A stretch of DNA of 57,405 nucleotides, from the NCBI GenBank assembly GCA_016839365.1, contig JAEOUH010000010.1, positions 1-57,405 of the forward strand, written 5' to 3'. Position 1 is the stretch's first letter; each line of letters opens with the position of its first letter. The translations under genes were made by a program, and so were the position numbers. Shown here piece by piece: positions 28,203 through 37,702 of the stretch. The notes under the pieces are model-generated. The model did no database searches, was not told the DNA's origin, and worked only from the letters and a program-made list of their open reading frames with translations. This DNA comes from Candidatus Hermodarchaeota archaeon (GTDB lineage: Archaea > Asgardarchaeota > Hermodarchaeia > Hermodarchaeales > Hermodarchaeaceae).

Positions 28203-28916
28203 TCAAGCTACTCTATGGGATTTCCCATAGGGGCATTTCTTGATAAGAGGACAAATTTGGCAGGATGGTTTTTTAGATGTGCATTGGAGAGCACCAAAGT
28301 CAAGAATCGCTTGATTGAAAAGATAGGCTTTTCCAAGGGGTATAACAAGCTCAGCAAGGTACCAGAGCTGGTTTTTTGCTGGAGCACGCATCGGATCACC
28401 AGTGACTTCGAAATACCGTTGGAGGACTCGTTGGGCGTTGGTGTCGAGGATAGGAGCATCTTTATGGAATGCGAAACTAAGAATTGCTCCAGCTGTGTAC
28501 CGACCAATACCAGGCAGAGCCATGAGCTCTTTTATCGTTGTAGGAAGTTGACTGTTATAATTCGCTACAACATTTTGAGCAATTTGGTGGAGCCGACCTG
28601 GTCGGAAATTATAACCAAGTGGACGCCAAAGTTGTTGTACTTCCTCAACTGGAGCGGCCGCCAAAGCCTCGAATGTGGGATATGCTGCGAGAAATTCATG
28701 GTATTTGGGAATTACACGATCAACCTGGGTTTGATGAAGCATGATTTCGGAGACAAGAATGCGATAAGGATCCCTTGTGTGACGCCAGGGTAAATCGCGT
28801 CCATTTTCTTCATACCATTTGAGAAGAGCTCGCTGAAATAGTTGAATACGTTGAGGATTAGCAAGATGAAGCGCTTCACGATGTTGATTTTTTTTGATCT
28901 GAGAAGGATCGTTCAC
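28203..28916 (-). CDS. mutY: MutY/MIG-family HhH-GPD DNA glycosylase with 4Fe-4S cluster (lacks the C-terminal NUDIX-like domain)
   Basis: RDLPWR, DPY.ILVSEIMLHQT, LPGIGRYTAGAI, DTN, NQAILDFGA, CTSKKPSCQICPLIKKC. Confidence 0.85.
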   Translation of the reverse strand: MNDPSQIKKNQHREALHLANPQRIQLFQRALLKWYEENGRDLPWRHTRDPYRILVSEIMLHQTQVDRVIPKYHEFLAAYPTFEALAAAPVEEVQQLWRPLGYNFRPGRLHQIAQNVVANYNSQLPTTIKELMALPGIGRYTAGAILSFAFHKDAPILDTNAQRVLQRYFEVTGDPMRAPAKNQLWYLAELVIPLGKAYLFNQAILDFGALQCTSKKPSCQICPLIKKCPYGKSHRVA

Positions 28917-29023
28917 AGGATGAAGCAGGAAGCAGGTGATAAAAAATCATTGGAAATTAAAATTACCTCGGGTTTTTGTCCCCAGGCATTAGCTTTTTGA
29001 ACAGGTGACAAACAAGACTGCTT

Positions 29024-30262
29024 ATGGCAGTGCCAGAAGGGGATATTGAAAGACCATCGGAGCCCATCGTACCACGGCGTTTCATCTGGGGGATACTGCT
29101 AGGATTCGCCTTTTTCCACTTCTCAGCATCGATTTTCTGGCAATTTGGAAGCTTTTACCTATTCGCTGGAATTGGTGAAACTGCTTTTCTGCTAATAGGT
29201 CTAATTGGCGGGCTACCCATACTTGTTGGACTAGCCGGTGTCTACTTATGGGGTTCGCTTTCTGATCGCTGGCACCGACGACTACCCTTTATAATAATTG
29301 GATTCTTCGCACAGTCGGTTAGCTTCTTCCTATATATCTTCATCCAAGATAGCTTGACATTCCTCATCGTAACCTGTGCCGCTTATCTATTTTCCCTTGC
29401 TGCAGTGCCCATGGCTAATGCCTATCTTACCGAAGCGAGAACCTTCAAGGGCGGAGCAGTTGGGATCCTTTTAGCCACCAGTAGTGTCGGTTGGTCAGTG
29501 GGCGCGTTTACTGGTGGATTTCTGTTTGCTATGATTGGAATGACAGGATTGTTCTTCCTCGGTGGCATCGCACTGGTAGTCGCAGCATTGGTCATCATTG
29601 TTTTAGTGCGGGAAATTCCCCAAGAGAAGGAATCTGCTCTTTCACAAGTGAATGAACAAGATTCAAAGCCTTCACCAAACCCCTGGTGGAAATCAAAAAT
29701 GTGGATTCTACTTGTATTAGCCTTGGCTGTCGCGATAGGAAGCCTTGGAGTCAACGGGTTTGCGTATTTCTTTGGTGTGTATTTGGTGTCAGAAATCGGT
29801 GGAACGCCTTTAATGGTTGGAATCGCTAATGGGTTCGCTTCTCTTTTTGGATTAGGTGTCACGTTAGCGGCAGGACATGGGAGTGATCGTATTGGGCGAA
29901 AACCCATCATTTTACTCGGGTTTGCAGGGTATGGTGTGTTCATGTTAGTCTACTTGTTTGTGTTTAATCCGTGGATTGCCATGCTGCTTTGGTTCATTCC
30001 CCTCTATCCTCTTATTTCAACAGCAAGTTATGCAGCAGCAGCAGATTTGAGTTCAGTCAAAGAAAGAGGGCGGGCGATGTCCACGATTGCCACTGCCAAT
30101 TCCCTCGGTCAAGCGATTGGCCCAATCATTGGAGGTGCACTGGTTCAATTTGTACTTTTTACATTGCGAGGTAACCTGCTATTTGCATTAGTGACAAGCA
30201 TAATTGCATTTAGTATTGTATTGGTATTGGTTCCAGAAACTCTTCATCAAAGAAAGAAATGA
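29024..30262 (+). CDS. MFS transporter
   Basis: GSLSDRWHRR, GSDRIGRKP, IGPIIGG; ~12 TM. Confidence 0.92.
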   Translation: MAVPEGDIERPSEPIVPRRFIWGILLGFAFFHFSASIFWQFGSFYLFAGIGETAFLLIGLIGGLPILVGLAGVYLWGSLSDRWHRRLPFIIIGFFAQSVSFFLYIFIQDSLTFLIVTCAAYLFSLAAVPMANAYLTEARTFKGGAVGILLATSSVGWSVGAFTGGFLFAMIGMTGLFFLGGIALVVAALVIIVLVREIPQEKESALSQVNEQDSKPSPNPWWKSKMWILLVLALAVAIGSLGVNGFAYFFGVYLVSEIGGTPLMVGIANGFASLFGLGVTLAAGHGSDRIGRKPIILLGFAGYGVFMLVYLFVFNPWIAMLLWFIPLYPLISTASYAAAADLSSVKERGRAMSTIATANSLGQAIGPIIGGALVQFVLFTLRGNLLFALVTSIIAFSIVLVLVPETLHQRKK

Positions 30263-30276
30263 GTTGAACCTGGAAG

Positions 30277-30768
30277 CTACGCTCCACTTGTATCTGGATA
30301 GGATGCAGGCTTCTTCTTCTTTCGCCCAGCTCCAATGAAGTCTCCAATAAAAATCATCGTTACACCAACAATACCAAATCCTGGACCCAAAAAATAGGCG
30401 ATTATGACGCCAATTGGTTGACTAAATAGCCCTGAACCGAGTATTCCAAGGATTTGAGTAACTAAATAGAAGAGAGCAGCGAAGGTAGCTACTGCCACAA
30501 TTATTCGACCAATTAAGGCAAACGTACCGGATCCCGCAGCATACCATAAAATTGCCCCGATGATGACGAGAATCCCACCGATGCTAGTTACAAAGGTAAG
30601 TGCAAATACTATCTGGTCTCCAATTGGAGGTCCAAGTAGTGTATTGATAAAATTAGCAAGAAGCATTCCATAAGCAGGGTCAAGGGCAATCGATGTGCCT
30701 GAATACAATACGATACAACCGCCGATGACTAGAAGTAGAAAGCCAAATAAACCCATGAAAGTCGACAT
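30277..30768 (-). CDS. Hypothetical four-TM membrane protein
   Basis: Gly-rich hydrophobic helices, basic RKKKK tail. Confidence 0.75.
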   Translation of the reverse strand: MSTFMGLFGFLLLVIGGCIVLYSGTSIALDPAYGMLLANFINTLLGPPIGDQIVFALTFVTSIGGILVIIGAILWYAAGSGTFALIGRIIVAVATFAALFYLVTQILGILGSGLFSQPIGVIIAYFLGPGFGIVGVTMIFIGDFIGAGRKKKKPASYPDTSGA

Positions 30769-30935
30769 CCGTGAGTGCTGTACTTATTTCCGCTGAAACT
30801 GTGCCCTTATAGTTTACGTTTTTCCCTGGTTGGCACCAGATTTCCTCTAATTTCTTAAATCTGTGATTGGACTACCCTTTTATCGCCTCTTCTCGGAAAT
30901 AAGGAATAATCCAGTTCATTGGTATATCTTGGTGA

Positions 30936-31574
30936 GTGAAAATGGATGCTGAACTAGTCGGAGCGATTGAAAAGTTCGCACATAACGCCATAAAAGTAGG
31001 GATACGGGGTGCACATTCTTATGAACATACTTTGCGAGTGCGCCAATTATGTTTGCTCATTGGGAAAAAAGAAGGTGCGGATTTAGAGGTTCTTGAAGCA
31101 GCCGCGTTATTGCATGACATTGGACGTCCAGAAGAAGAAGTCACTGGTGAGTCACATGCCAAGGTGGGAGCCAACATGGCAGTCGCATTCCTCGCAACGA
31201 CTCCATTTCCCAAAGAGAAATTACCAATAGTTGCCAGTGCCATTCGGACCCATAGGTTCAGTGAGTACAAAAGACCTGAATCGCTTGAGGGGGAAATCCT
31301 TAGTGATGCAGATAAACTTGATGCGATGGGTGCCTTAGGACTTGCACGAACCATCGCAGAGAGCCTGATGCAGAAACGGGGTCTCCATGGCACAATTGAG
31401 CACATGGATCAAAAGTTATTGAAACTGCTGCATCGAATTCTCACCAAGACAGGTAAACGACTCGCAGAACCTAGACACCAACTGCTTGTCACCTTCATGC
31501 AAACGTTAGCATCAGAGTTTCAGACCATTGGTGAACCACTACCAGCTGAACTGCGTCCCTATTTACCCAAATAA
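30936..31574 (+). CDS. HD-domain phosphohydrolase
   Basis: AHSYEHTLRV, LLHDIG, HA, HRFS, DADKLDAMGALG. Confidence 0.92.
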   Translation: MKMDAELVGAIEKFAHNAIKVGIRGAHSYEHTLRVRQLCLLIGKKEGADLEVLEAAALLHDIGRPEEEVTGESHAKVGANMAVAFLATTPFPKEKLPIVASAIRTHRFSEYKRPESLEGEILSDADKLDAMGALGLARTIAESLMQKRGLHGTIEHMDQKLLKLLHRILTKTGKRLAEPRHQLLVTFMQTLASEFQTIGEPLPAELRPYLPK

Positions 31575-31765
31575 ACGTGTCCTAGTGTGGCTCTACCATA
31601 AATCATGTTGGTGAGTTCTGGGCATATTTGGATCCTTGCCATGGCTATCCGATTGTATCGGTTCGGTTACGAGATGTGATGTCTTCGAAAATACATCGGG
31701 CACAAGTCTTATCTCTATCCTCAATCCTACACGGGTAATAACTTGTAACAAAGAGGGTAACTTAG

Positions 31766-32443
31766 GTGAACGAATCAGTGGAGCAAAAAACTTTACATCC
31801 AGTAGTCGAATTCCTCATTTCATCCCGCTTTTCAGGTCTCTGTGGAATAATCGGTCCAGTAATCGCGTTGATTGGGATTGCCCTTGCAATCTGGGTTTCT
31901 CCTTGGTTTAATTGGTTTAATAACGCACTCAGTGATTTGGGTCACCCTACTATGTTGGGTGGATCGAATGGCGTACCAGGGCTGAATCCTGCCGCACCAA
32001 TCTTTAACACCAGCCTCATTCTCACTGGTCTCATCACGTTGATTCTAACGGTCTGGTTAATCCGCTACCAGGTCTTTGAAAGATCAATTATCGGGGTCAT
32101 TGCCGCGATTTTGCTAACTATCTCACAGTTCTTCCTAATTGGCATCGGTGTTTTTCACGAGGGATTTGGATACACCCATTTCATCGTGTCTGTGGGATTC
32201 TTTTTGACACTTCTAATAGCCGGAATGATTTACGGCGTTCGTCTGATACAAGAGAAGCACCTACGCATTATAGGGATAATGGCATTCATCTTAGCTTTGA
32301 TTAGTGCCCTAATCTGGGTTGCATACTATTTGACTCTCCTTCCCTTCACTGGCGTCGCCATTCCCGAAATCATCTCAGCGGTCACCGCTATGGTGTGGGT
32401 ATTTCCACTCTGTGTTCTCTTGATACTTGGAAAGAGAATGTAG
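31766..32443 (+). CDS. DUF998-family membrane protein
   Basis: SPWFNWFNNALSDLG, FN, IGVF.E...H, AIPE. Confidence 0.8.
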   Translation: MNESVEQKTLHPVVEFLISSRFSGLCGIIGPVIALIGIALAIWVSPWFNWFNNALSDLGHPTMLGGSNGVPGLNPAAPIFNTSLILTGLITLILTVWLIRYQVFERSIIGVIAAILLTISQFFLIGIGVFHEGFGYTHFIVSVGFFLTLLIAGMIYGVRLIQEKHLRIIGIMAFILALISALIWVAYYLTLLPFTGVAIPEIISAVTAMVWVFPLCVLLILGKRM

Positions 32444-32444
32444 A

Positions 32445-32975
32445 CTAGCCAAGGTCCGGTGGAAAAAAGAGGACCACAGAATCAACTGACCTGCGCGCTC
32501 GACGTGGTGGTGATTCAGCTGGATAACCAACTGGCACAATAGCAACTGGTAGCACACCCTGTGGGCATTCCAAAGTAGCGGCGATGGAACTATCGTTGAA
32601 TGCCCCCACCCAACAAGAACCCAACCCTAGCGAATGGGCAGCGAGTAAAAGGTTCTGCGTCATAGCGGCTGTGTCTTGGATTGAGTAGAAACTCCGTCCG
32701 CGATTACTGTATCGCGCGCCGGACTCCTCTGGAACACGACATATAACAAAAACAACCGGAGCCTTTTCAATAAAGCCTTGGTCATGTGCTCCAATGGCTA
32801 GTTTCCGCTTGATCTTTTCGTCTCGAATAACATAGATTCGCCATGGTTGCTGATTTCCTGCGCTTGGACTAGCAATCATTGCCTCCAACAAAAGCGAAAC
32901 CTGGTCCGATGACACGTCATTCCCTGTGAATGTTCGGATTGAACGTCTTGTAGTAATTACTTCTAGAGTATCCAT
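32445..32975 (-). CDS. Nitroreductase family protein
   Basis: RRSIR, PSAGNQQPW, NLLLAAHSLGLGSCWVG, VGYP. Confidence 0.95.
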   Translation of the reverse strand: MDTLEVITTRRSIRTFTGNDVSSDQVSLLLEAMIASPSAGNQQPWRIYVIRDEKIKRKLAIGAHDQGFIEKAPVVFVICRVPEESGARYSNRGRSFYSIQDTAAMTQNLLLAAHSLGLGSCWVGAFNDSSIAATLECPQGVLPVAIVPVGYPAESPPRRARRSVDSVVLFFPPDLG

Positions 32976-32992
32976 TTTCTCACTTCCATCTG

Positions 32993-34456
32993 TCAGACAT
33001 GTTTAAGAATTTCTTGGATATTGTTCATGAGGGTTTGCTGGAACCTAGAGTAACCTTGATTATAAGCTTCAGCATTTTCTGTGTTTGGTGACAAGATTTC
33101 ACGTTGATGAACCATCGCTTTGACGGATTCCTCAACGGATGGAAACAATTTGAGACCAAGCGAGGCTAATATCGCTGCACCGAGAGCTGTTCCTTCATCC
33201 ACGTGAGTATAGATGCATGGCTTGTTAGTTACATCACAAAGGATTTGTCGCCAGAGCCCTGATCGTGCCCCACCCCCATCAAGACGGAGTTCATTTAATG
33301 TGACTCCGATAGAGAACATGGTATCAATTGAGAAGCGGGCAGCATATGCTACGCTTTCGAGAATGGCTCGCGCGAGATGTGCTCGAGAATGATGGAATCC
33401 TAGCCCTTGAATTGTTCCCATACTCCACGTAAGGAAAGGAAAGAGAGATAACCCGTCACTTCCCGGAGGAGCTTGAGCTGCTTGGTCCATGATGTAATCA
33501 TAAGGATCTGCACCGAGTCGGGCAGCTACAGCGACTTCCACGTGACCAAATTGATCTCGGAACCATCGGAGAATCGTTCCCGTATCTGGAATAACACCTT
33601 CCAACACCCGTTGATTGGGAAGAACATGTGGATGGTTAAACAGAACACCCAATGGATCCTTGAGGATTTTTTCTACCGGTGTAATAATGAATGTTCCCGT
33701 TCCAATTGTGAGTTTCGCCTCACCTTGGTTTAGGACTCCTAACCCTAAAGTAGCGCATTGTTGGTCACCACCGCCAACAACGACGGGTATGCCCGCGGGT
33801 AACCCGGTGGTAGTTTCAGCTTCCTTTGTGATCTCGCCCACAATCGTACCTGAATGAACGAGTTTTGGCCATAGTGAAATCGGTAACTCCAATTCTTCGG
33901 CAAGCTTTTCATCGAGTTTGAACGTTTCAGTATCAAGGATGCCAAAATCATGGTTTGTTAAATCTGATGCCAACATCCCTGTAAGCCGGTGATACAAGAA
34001 GGCATCAGGGGTGGCGAATGTCGATGTTTTGCTGAAAACCTCTGGATGCATATCTTTGAACCAGAGGGCACGACGAAGACTTGTTCGTTGTTTAACCAGT
34101 TCCTCATATTTTTTCGCGGAGGGTGAAATGCGCATATCAATCCAGGTAATGGCCCTAGCCAATGGGCTTCCTGTGTTATCCAAAGGAAGGAGTGTGGCAC
34201 GCTGAGTTACTACAGATACAGCGCTGATAGTTTTAGGATCGACTGATTTGCGACTAGTCACTTCTCTCATTGTTTCCTGTGTTGTCCGCCACCAGTCATG
34301 AGCATCTTGTTCAGCCTGTTCAGGTTCTTCGGTTACAGTAGGAAATTCACGATATGCTTTAGCAACTTCATGTCCCTGTGTGTTGAACAGCACTGACCGG
34401 TTTCCTGTTGTGCCAAGGTCTATTACCGCGATGAGTTGATCGGTTTTCTTGGACAT
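32993..34456 (-). CDS. FGGY-family carbohydrate kinase (xylulokinase/glycerol kinase-like)
   Basis: IDLGTT, EQD...WW, QR, GGGDQQ, GTG, ARAILES, GGGARS.LW.QI..D. Confidence 0.92.
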   Translation of the reverse strand: MSKKTDQLIAVIDLGTTGNRSVLFNTQGHEVAKAYREFPTVTEEPEQAEQDAHDWWRTTQETMREVTSRKSVDPKTISAVSVVTQRATLLPLDNTGSPLARAITWIDMRISPSAKKYEELVKQRTSLRRALWFKDMHPEVFSKTSTFATPDAFLYHRLTGMLASDLTNHDFGILDTETFKLDEKLAEELELPISLWPKLVHSGTIVGEITKEAETTTGLPAGIPVVVGGGDQQCATLGLGVLNQGEAKLTIGTGTFIITPVEKILKDPLGVLFNHPHVLPNQRVLEGVIPDTGTILRWFRDQFGHVEVAVAARLGADPYDYIMDQAAQAPPGSDGLSLFPFLTWSMGTIQGLGFHHSRAHLARAILESVAYAARFSIDTMFSIGVTLNELRLDGGGARSGLWRQILCDVTNKPCIYTHVDEGTALGAAILASLGLKLFPSVEESVKAMVHQREILSPNTENAEAYNQGYSRFQQTLMNNIQEILKHV

Positions 34457-34531
34457 CTTTACACCTCCATGAGCCTGACGAGTATTACCTGATGGCTGTA
34501 TATCCCCAAAAAGCCTTACTTTCCGATGATT

Positions 34532-36289
34532 CTAGGTCCTTTGGTGCCGTCGTCGACGTACTACTAGTATCACGATAACAACTACAACGATAACGAGAAC
34601 GATGACAGCAATGATTTGTCCCAAGAATAGCACAGCGGAAATTGTATAGAATACTGAGTCGGAATAGATTGTATGACCAGCGAAATCTCTGCCATAAACA
34701 TGAAGCTCCATGAGCCCACCCATGGCAGGTGCTGGCACCAAGGCATCGTAGCGATTACCACCTTGATAGATGAGAGGTAAACCCACCCAATTCCGGTTTT
34801 GCAATGGGTCAAAACGATATTCTATGAAAAGTAGGTCAAAACCGCTTAGACTTTGATCTATATAAACCGAAACTAAAGTCGATATTCCACTTGAGACCAC
34901 ACCAGGAACTAGAATGAGGGGTTCTCCAGGTTCATCTAAGAGCACATCAGCCATAGCGAAGATGGCGACTCGAACCTTTTCGCAATTAGCCAAGACTTGG
35001 TCAGCGTTTGGATTGAAGTAATCCCAGATGCTATGGCCCCAAGCAGATTCGTTACCATAGACTTCTAGGGTAACTGCGGGGATGTGGTAATCACCATAAA
35101 GCCAATCATCCCAAGTACCATAGGAAGGATATAGTTGAGTTGCACTCCACCATTCGAATCCAGAAGCAGCTTGTACTGCTGCACCAAGATTAGCAAAAAA
35201 GGGCTCATGATAGCTGGGTTCACTGGTATGACTCCAAGGCGTTAACAATACATCAATGCCACTGTGGAGAGACACACCGAAGGCAAGGTTAGGGTAATGA
35301 TGCAAGGTGAAGTTTAGCATTGCCTGAGTTTCGGGTTCACTGAATGGAGCTGTACCCTGGTAAATTTCTGAGCGGGGATCGCTGCTGCCTGCACTAAAGG
35401 CAACTGGGTAATTACGATTAATGTCAATTCCACCCGGTAAATCTTCACCAGTTTGACCATCACCATCAAGATCTATTCCTTCGTAGGTGTAGTAGTATTC
35501 GTCTGGATCTTCAAAGAAGGCAATGGTGAAGTCCCCGTTAACATCTTGGATCTCCCATTCATCAGCTAGCCCATCACCATCTTCGTCAGTGGGACGAAGG
35601 TTTTTCCGTTGCCAGGGGTTGATATGAAGCATTCCGAGTACATCTGGATTGAGTGTGGGAATGATATAGAGAACAAATTGTTCTAGCATTCGTTGTACTT
35701 CAGGGTCGTCAGTATGAGCAAGTAAATAGTCAAAGAAGTAGAGGGCGTTTTCAACGGTGATTGCTTCACGACCATGATGATGAGCTACAATGAGGAATCC
35801 CCGTCGTTGTGAAATGTCTCCGGGCGCTGTTATCTGGATACAAGGAATTGAGAGTCCGTTATAACTCACCCCAATGGTAAACACTTCAATAAGATCAGAG
35901 AAGTCGGTTAATCGATCAGCGATATGGGCAAGGACTTCTGAGTAGTTGTGAAAGGGACCTAGTGTGGGACCCCAATGGAGTACATCATCACCTTGTAGTG
36001 GACCAGGTGCCCCTGTATACTGATCCCATATCCAGGCGATTGTTCCTGGACTCCTTTTGAGGCTTCTGTCATACACGAAGGGTGCAGGTTTTGTTATATG
36101 CCAAATTTCCTCAGGAGTAGGTTCCAATGACATTGGTAGGGCAATTTGGAGTGAAAAAAACTGGGTTGAAAGAAAAGTGCAAATTAGTAAAAAAGCGATT
36201 ATCCGTGAAGCTCCCAATGTGATCAGCCTAATGGAAGCAAGGGTCGAATAGTCGAAAAGGCTTGCGTTTCCAGCAAAACGTTGGAGCAA
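34532..36289 (-). CDS. Membrane-anchored M14 zinc carboxypeptidase
   Basis: HHGRE, NPD, RKN, DINRNY, PFSEPET, SLHS, TLE; N-terminal hydrophobic segment and C-terminal TM helix followed by RRRRH; start uncertain. Confidence 0.88.
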   Translation of the reverse strand: MLQRFAGNASLFDYSTLASIRLITLGASRIIAFLLICTFLSTQFFSLQIALPMSLEPTPEEIWHITKPAPFVYDRSLKRSPGTIAWIWDQYTGAPGPLQGDDVLHWGPTLGPFHNYSEVLAHIADRLTDFSDLIEVFTIGVSYNGLSIPCIQITAPGDISQRRGFLIVAHHHGREAITVENALYFFDYLLAHTDDPEVQRMLEQFVLYIIPTLNPDVLGMLHINPWQRKNLRPTDEDGDGLADEWEIQDVNGDFTIAFFEDPDEYYYTYEGIDLDGDGQTGEDLPGGIDINRNYPVAFSAGSSDPRSEIYQGTAPFSEPETQAMLNFTLHHYPNLAFGVSLHSGIDVLLTPWSHTSEPSYHEPFFANLGAAVQAASGFEWWSATQLYPSYGTWDDWLYGDYHIPAVTLEVYGNESAWGHSIWDYFNPNADQVLANCEKVRVAIFAMADVLLDEPGEPLILVPGVVSSGISTLVSVYIDQSLSGFDLLFIEYRFDPLQNRNWVGLPLIYQGGNRYDALVPAPAMGGLMELHVYGRDFAGHTIYSDSVFYTISAVLFLGQIIAVIVLVIVVVVIVILVVRRRRHQRT

Positions 36290-36307
36290 GTTAAAGACAA
36301 AAACGGT

Positions 36308-36982
36308 TTAGAGAGCCTTGTATTTCTTCATCTGTTCTGTGGTAATGTGTTTGAGGATATGGTTCTTGTGTGCCATGACAAAGCGGCAGCACGGATCCCC
36401 CATGGCCCGGCAGCTTATTTCACGCGCTTGCAAGGGTATGCCAAAGCTCTCTTCACACCATCCTGCTGAATAGCCAGCATTGAAGAAACATCGGGGTGAA
36501 TGAGTTATCTCGTTTTTCTTCTCAGCGGCTTCAACTTCAAAGGAATTGAGGTGGTCATAAACGAGCAGGTAATCTTCATCGGGAGTAGGGTTGCTGATGG
36601 GGAAGATGTTAACATGCGCAAAGCCACGAAAGCTAAACTGGATTGGTCCTGCTGAGAGCATTCCAACTGGATCTTGTACATTCATGCGTTGCTGATAGTC
36701 TCGGGCATCTAATTGCCCAAAATATTTCGCTACCTCATATATGATTAAATCAGCTAGTTCTCCGCTTCCCGAGAGGGCGATTCGTTCCCGCATAGTGGTT
36801 AAAAATTCTGCAGGAAGAGCGACATAACGTTGGTTTCCAATGAGGTACTTACCTTCTTTAGGGAGATGCTGGGAGGTTTCAAAATACTTGGTGACAAAAT
36901 CCTCTGCTTTGATAAATTCATCAAGCATGTTTTTGGGAACCGTTACGGATTCTGGCTCCTTCTTATACGTAGAAGTTTGCAA
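36308..36982 (-). CDS. Stand-alone V4R (XylR-N/4-vinyl reductase) domain protein
   Basis: NSFE, CFFNAGYSAGW, EISCRAMGDPCCRF. Confidence 0.85.
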   Translation of the reverse strand: MQTSTYKKEPESVTVPKNMLDEFIKAEDFVTKYFETSQHLPKEGKYLIGNQRYVALPAEFLTTMRERIALSGSGELADLIIYEVAKYFGQLDARDYQQRMNVQDPVGMLSAGPIQFSFRGFAHVNIFPISNPTPDEDYLLVYDHLNSFEVEAAEKKNEITHSPRCFFNAGYSAGWCEESFGIPLQAREISCRAMGDPCCRFVMAHKNHILKHITTEQMKKYKAL

Positions 36983-37154
36983 CCTAGACGCCTACCCAGC
37001 AATTAAATTCCAGCAGTGTTGATTCTTAAAACTTTATTACCCTAGAATTCAGAGCAATTCCGTTTGCGAAAAAACCAAACCCATTAGAACTGTCTGATGA
37101 CAATCCCAGACCCTTTGGAAGCCATATTATGGCTTCAGAAATATCTATGGTTGC

Positions 37155-37514
37155 CTATTCTTTGAGAATTAGTCGATCGAGAGCTCCTGAAGCATTGAGT
37201 TTCTCGATAGCAGAATTGTATTGTTCATTATTGTTAATCATGGTGTTGCAGGCATCTTCCCGCATATGGGTGCCGGGTTTCACTTGAACCGAGACTTTGC
37301 TCTTAGGAAATTCATCTTCTACCGCTTTACGAATGATGATACCAATCACTGCCCCCATGGGGCATTGAGGAACAGTAGGAGCGAATTGGATATGGATTTC
37401 ATCACCGTTGATGGTAACATCTTCTTCTGTGACAAGACCCATTTCGACGACGTTGACTGGGTGTTCAGGATCCAGAACCCGCCGCAGAACCTGTAATACA
37501 TCTTTAGTTTCCAT
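37155..37514 (-). CDS. DUF59/SufT/MIP18-family Fe-S cluster assembly protein
   Basis: LRRVLDPEHP.NVVEMGLV and PTVPQCPM motifs. Confidence 0.88.
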   Translation of the reverse strand: METKDVLQVLRRVLDPEHPVNVVEMGLVTEEDVTINGDEIHIQFAPTVPQCPMGAVIGIIIRKAVEDEFPKSKVSVQVKPGTHMREDACNTMINNNEQYNSAIEKLNASGALDRLILKE

Positions 37515-37702
37515 GGCAACCAGCTTCCTTTTGGATTGAGGATTCGATATGAAGATTGCCTTTAAAAGCTATGGTTTCTTGAAATTAAAAAAACTGTGTA
37601 GGTTTTAGCTACGAAGTGAGATTTTTCTAATCTGCAGCAAACCTTATCTAGGTTCGATAGCTCAACTAAGGCTAGAAGGGTTCCGCAAAAAAGGTTGGTT
37701 AA

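Noticed and set aside
37651-37700. ggttcgatagctcaactaaggctagaag looks like a tRNA 5' half
   Set aside because: The D-stem does not pair properly, and there is no T-arm or acceptor 3' strand; it lies in a promoter/leader region.
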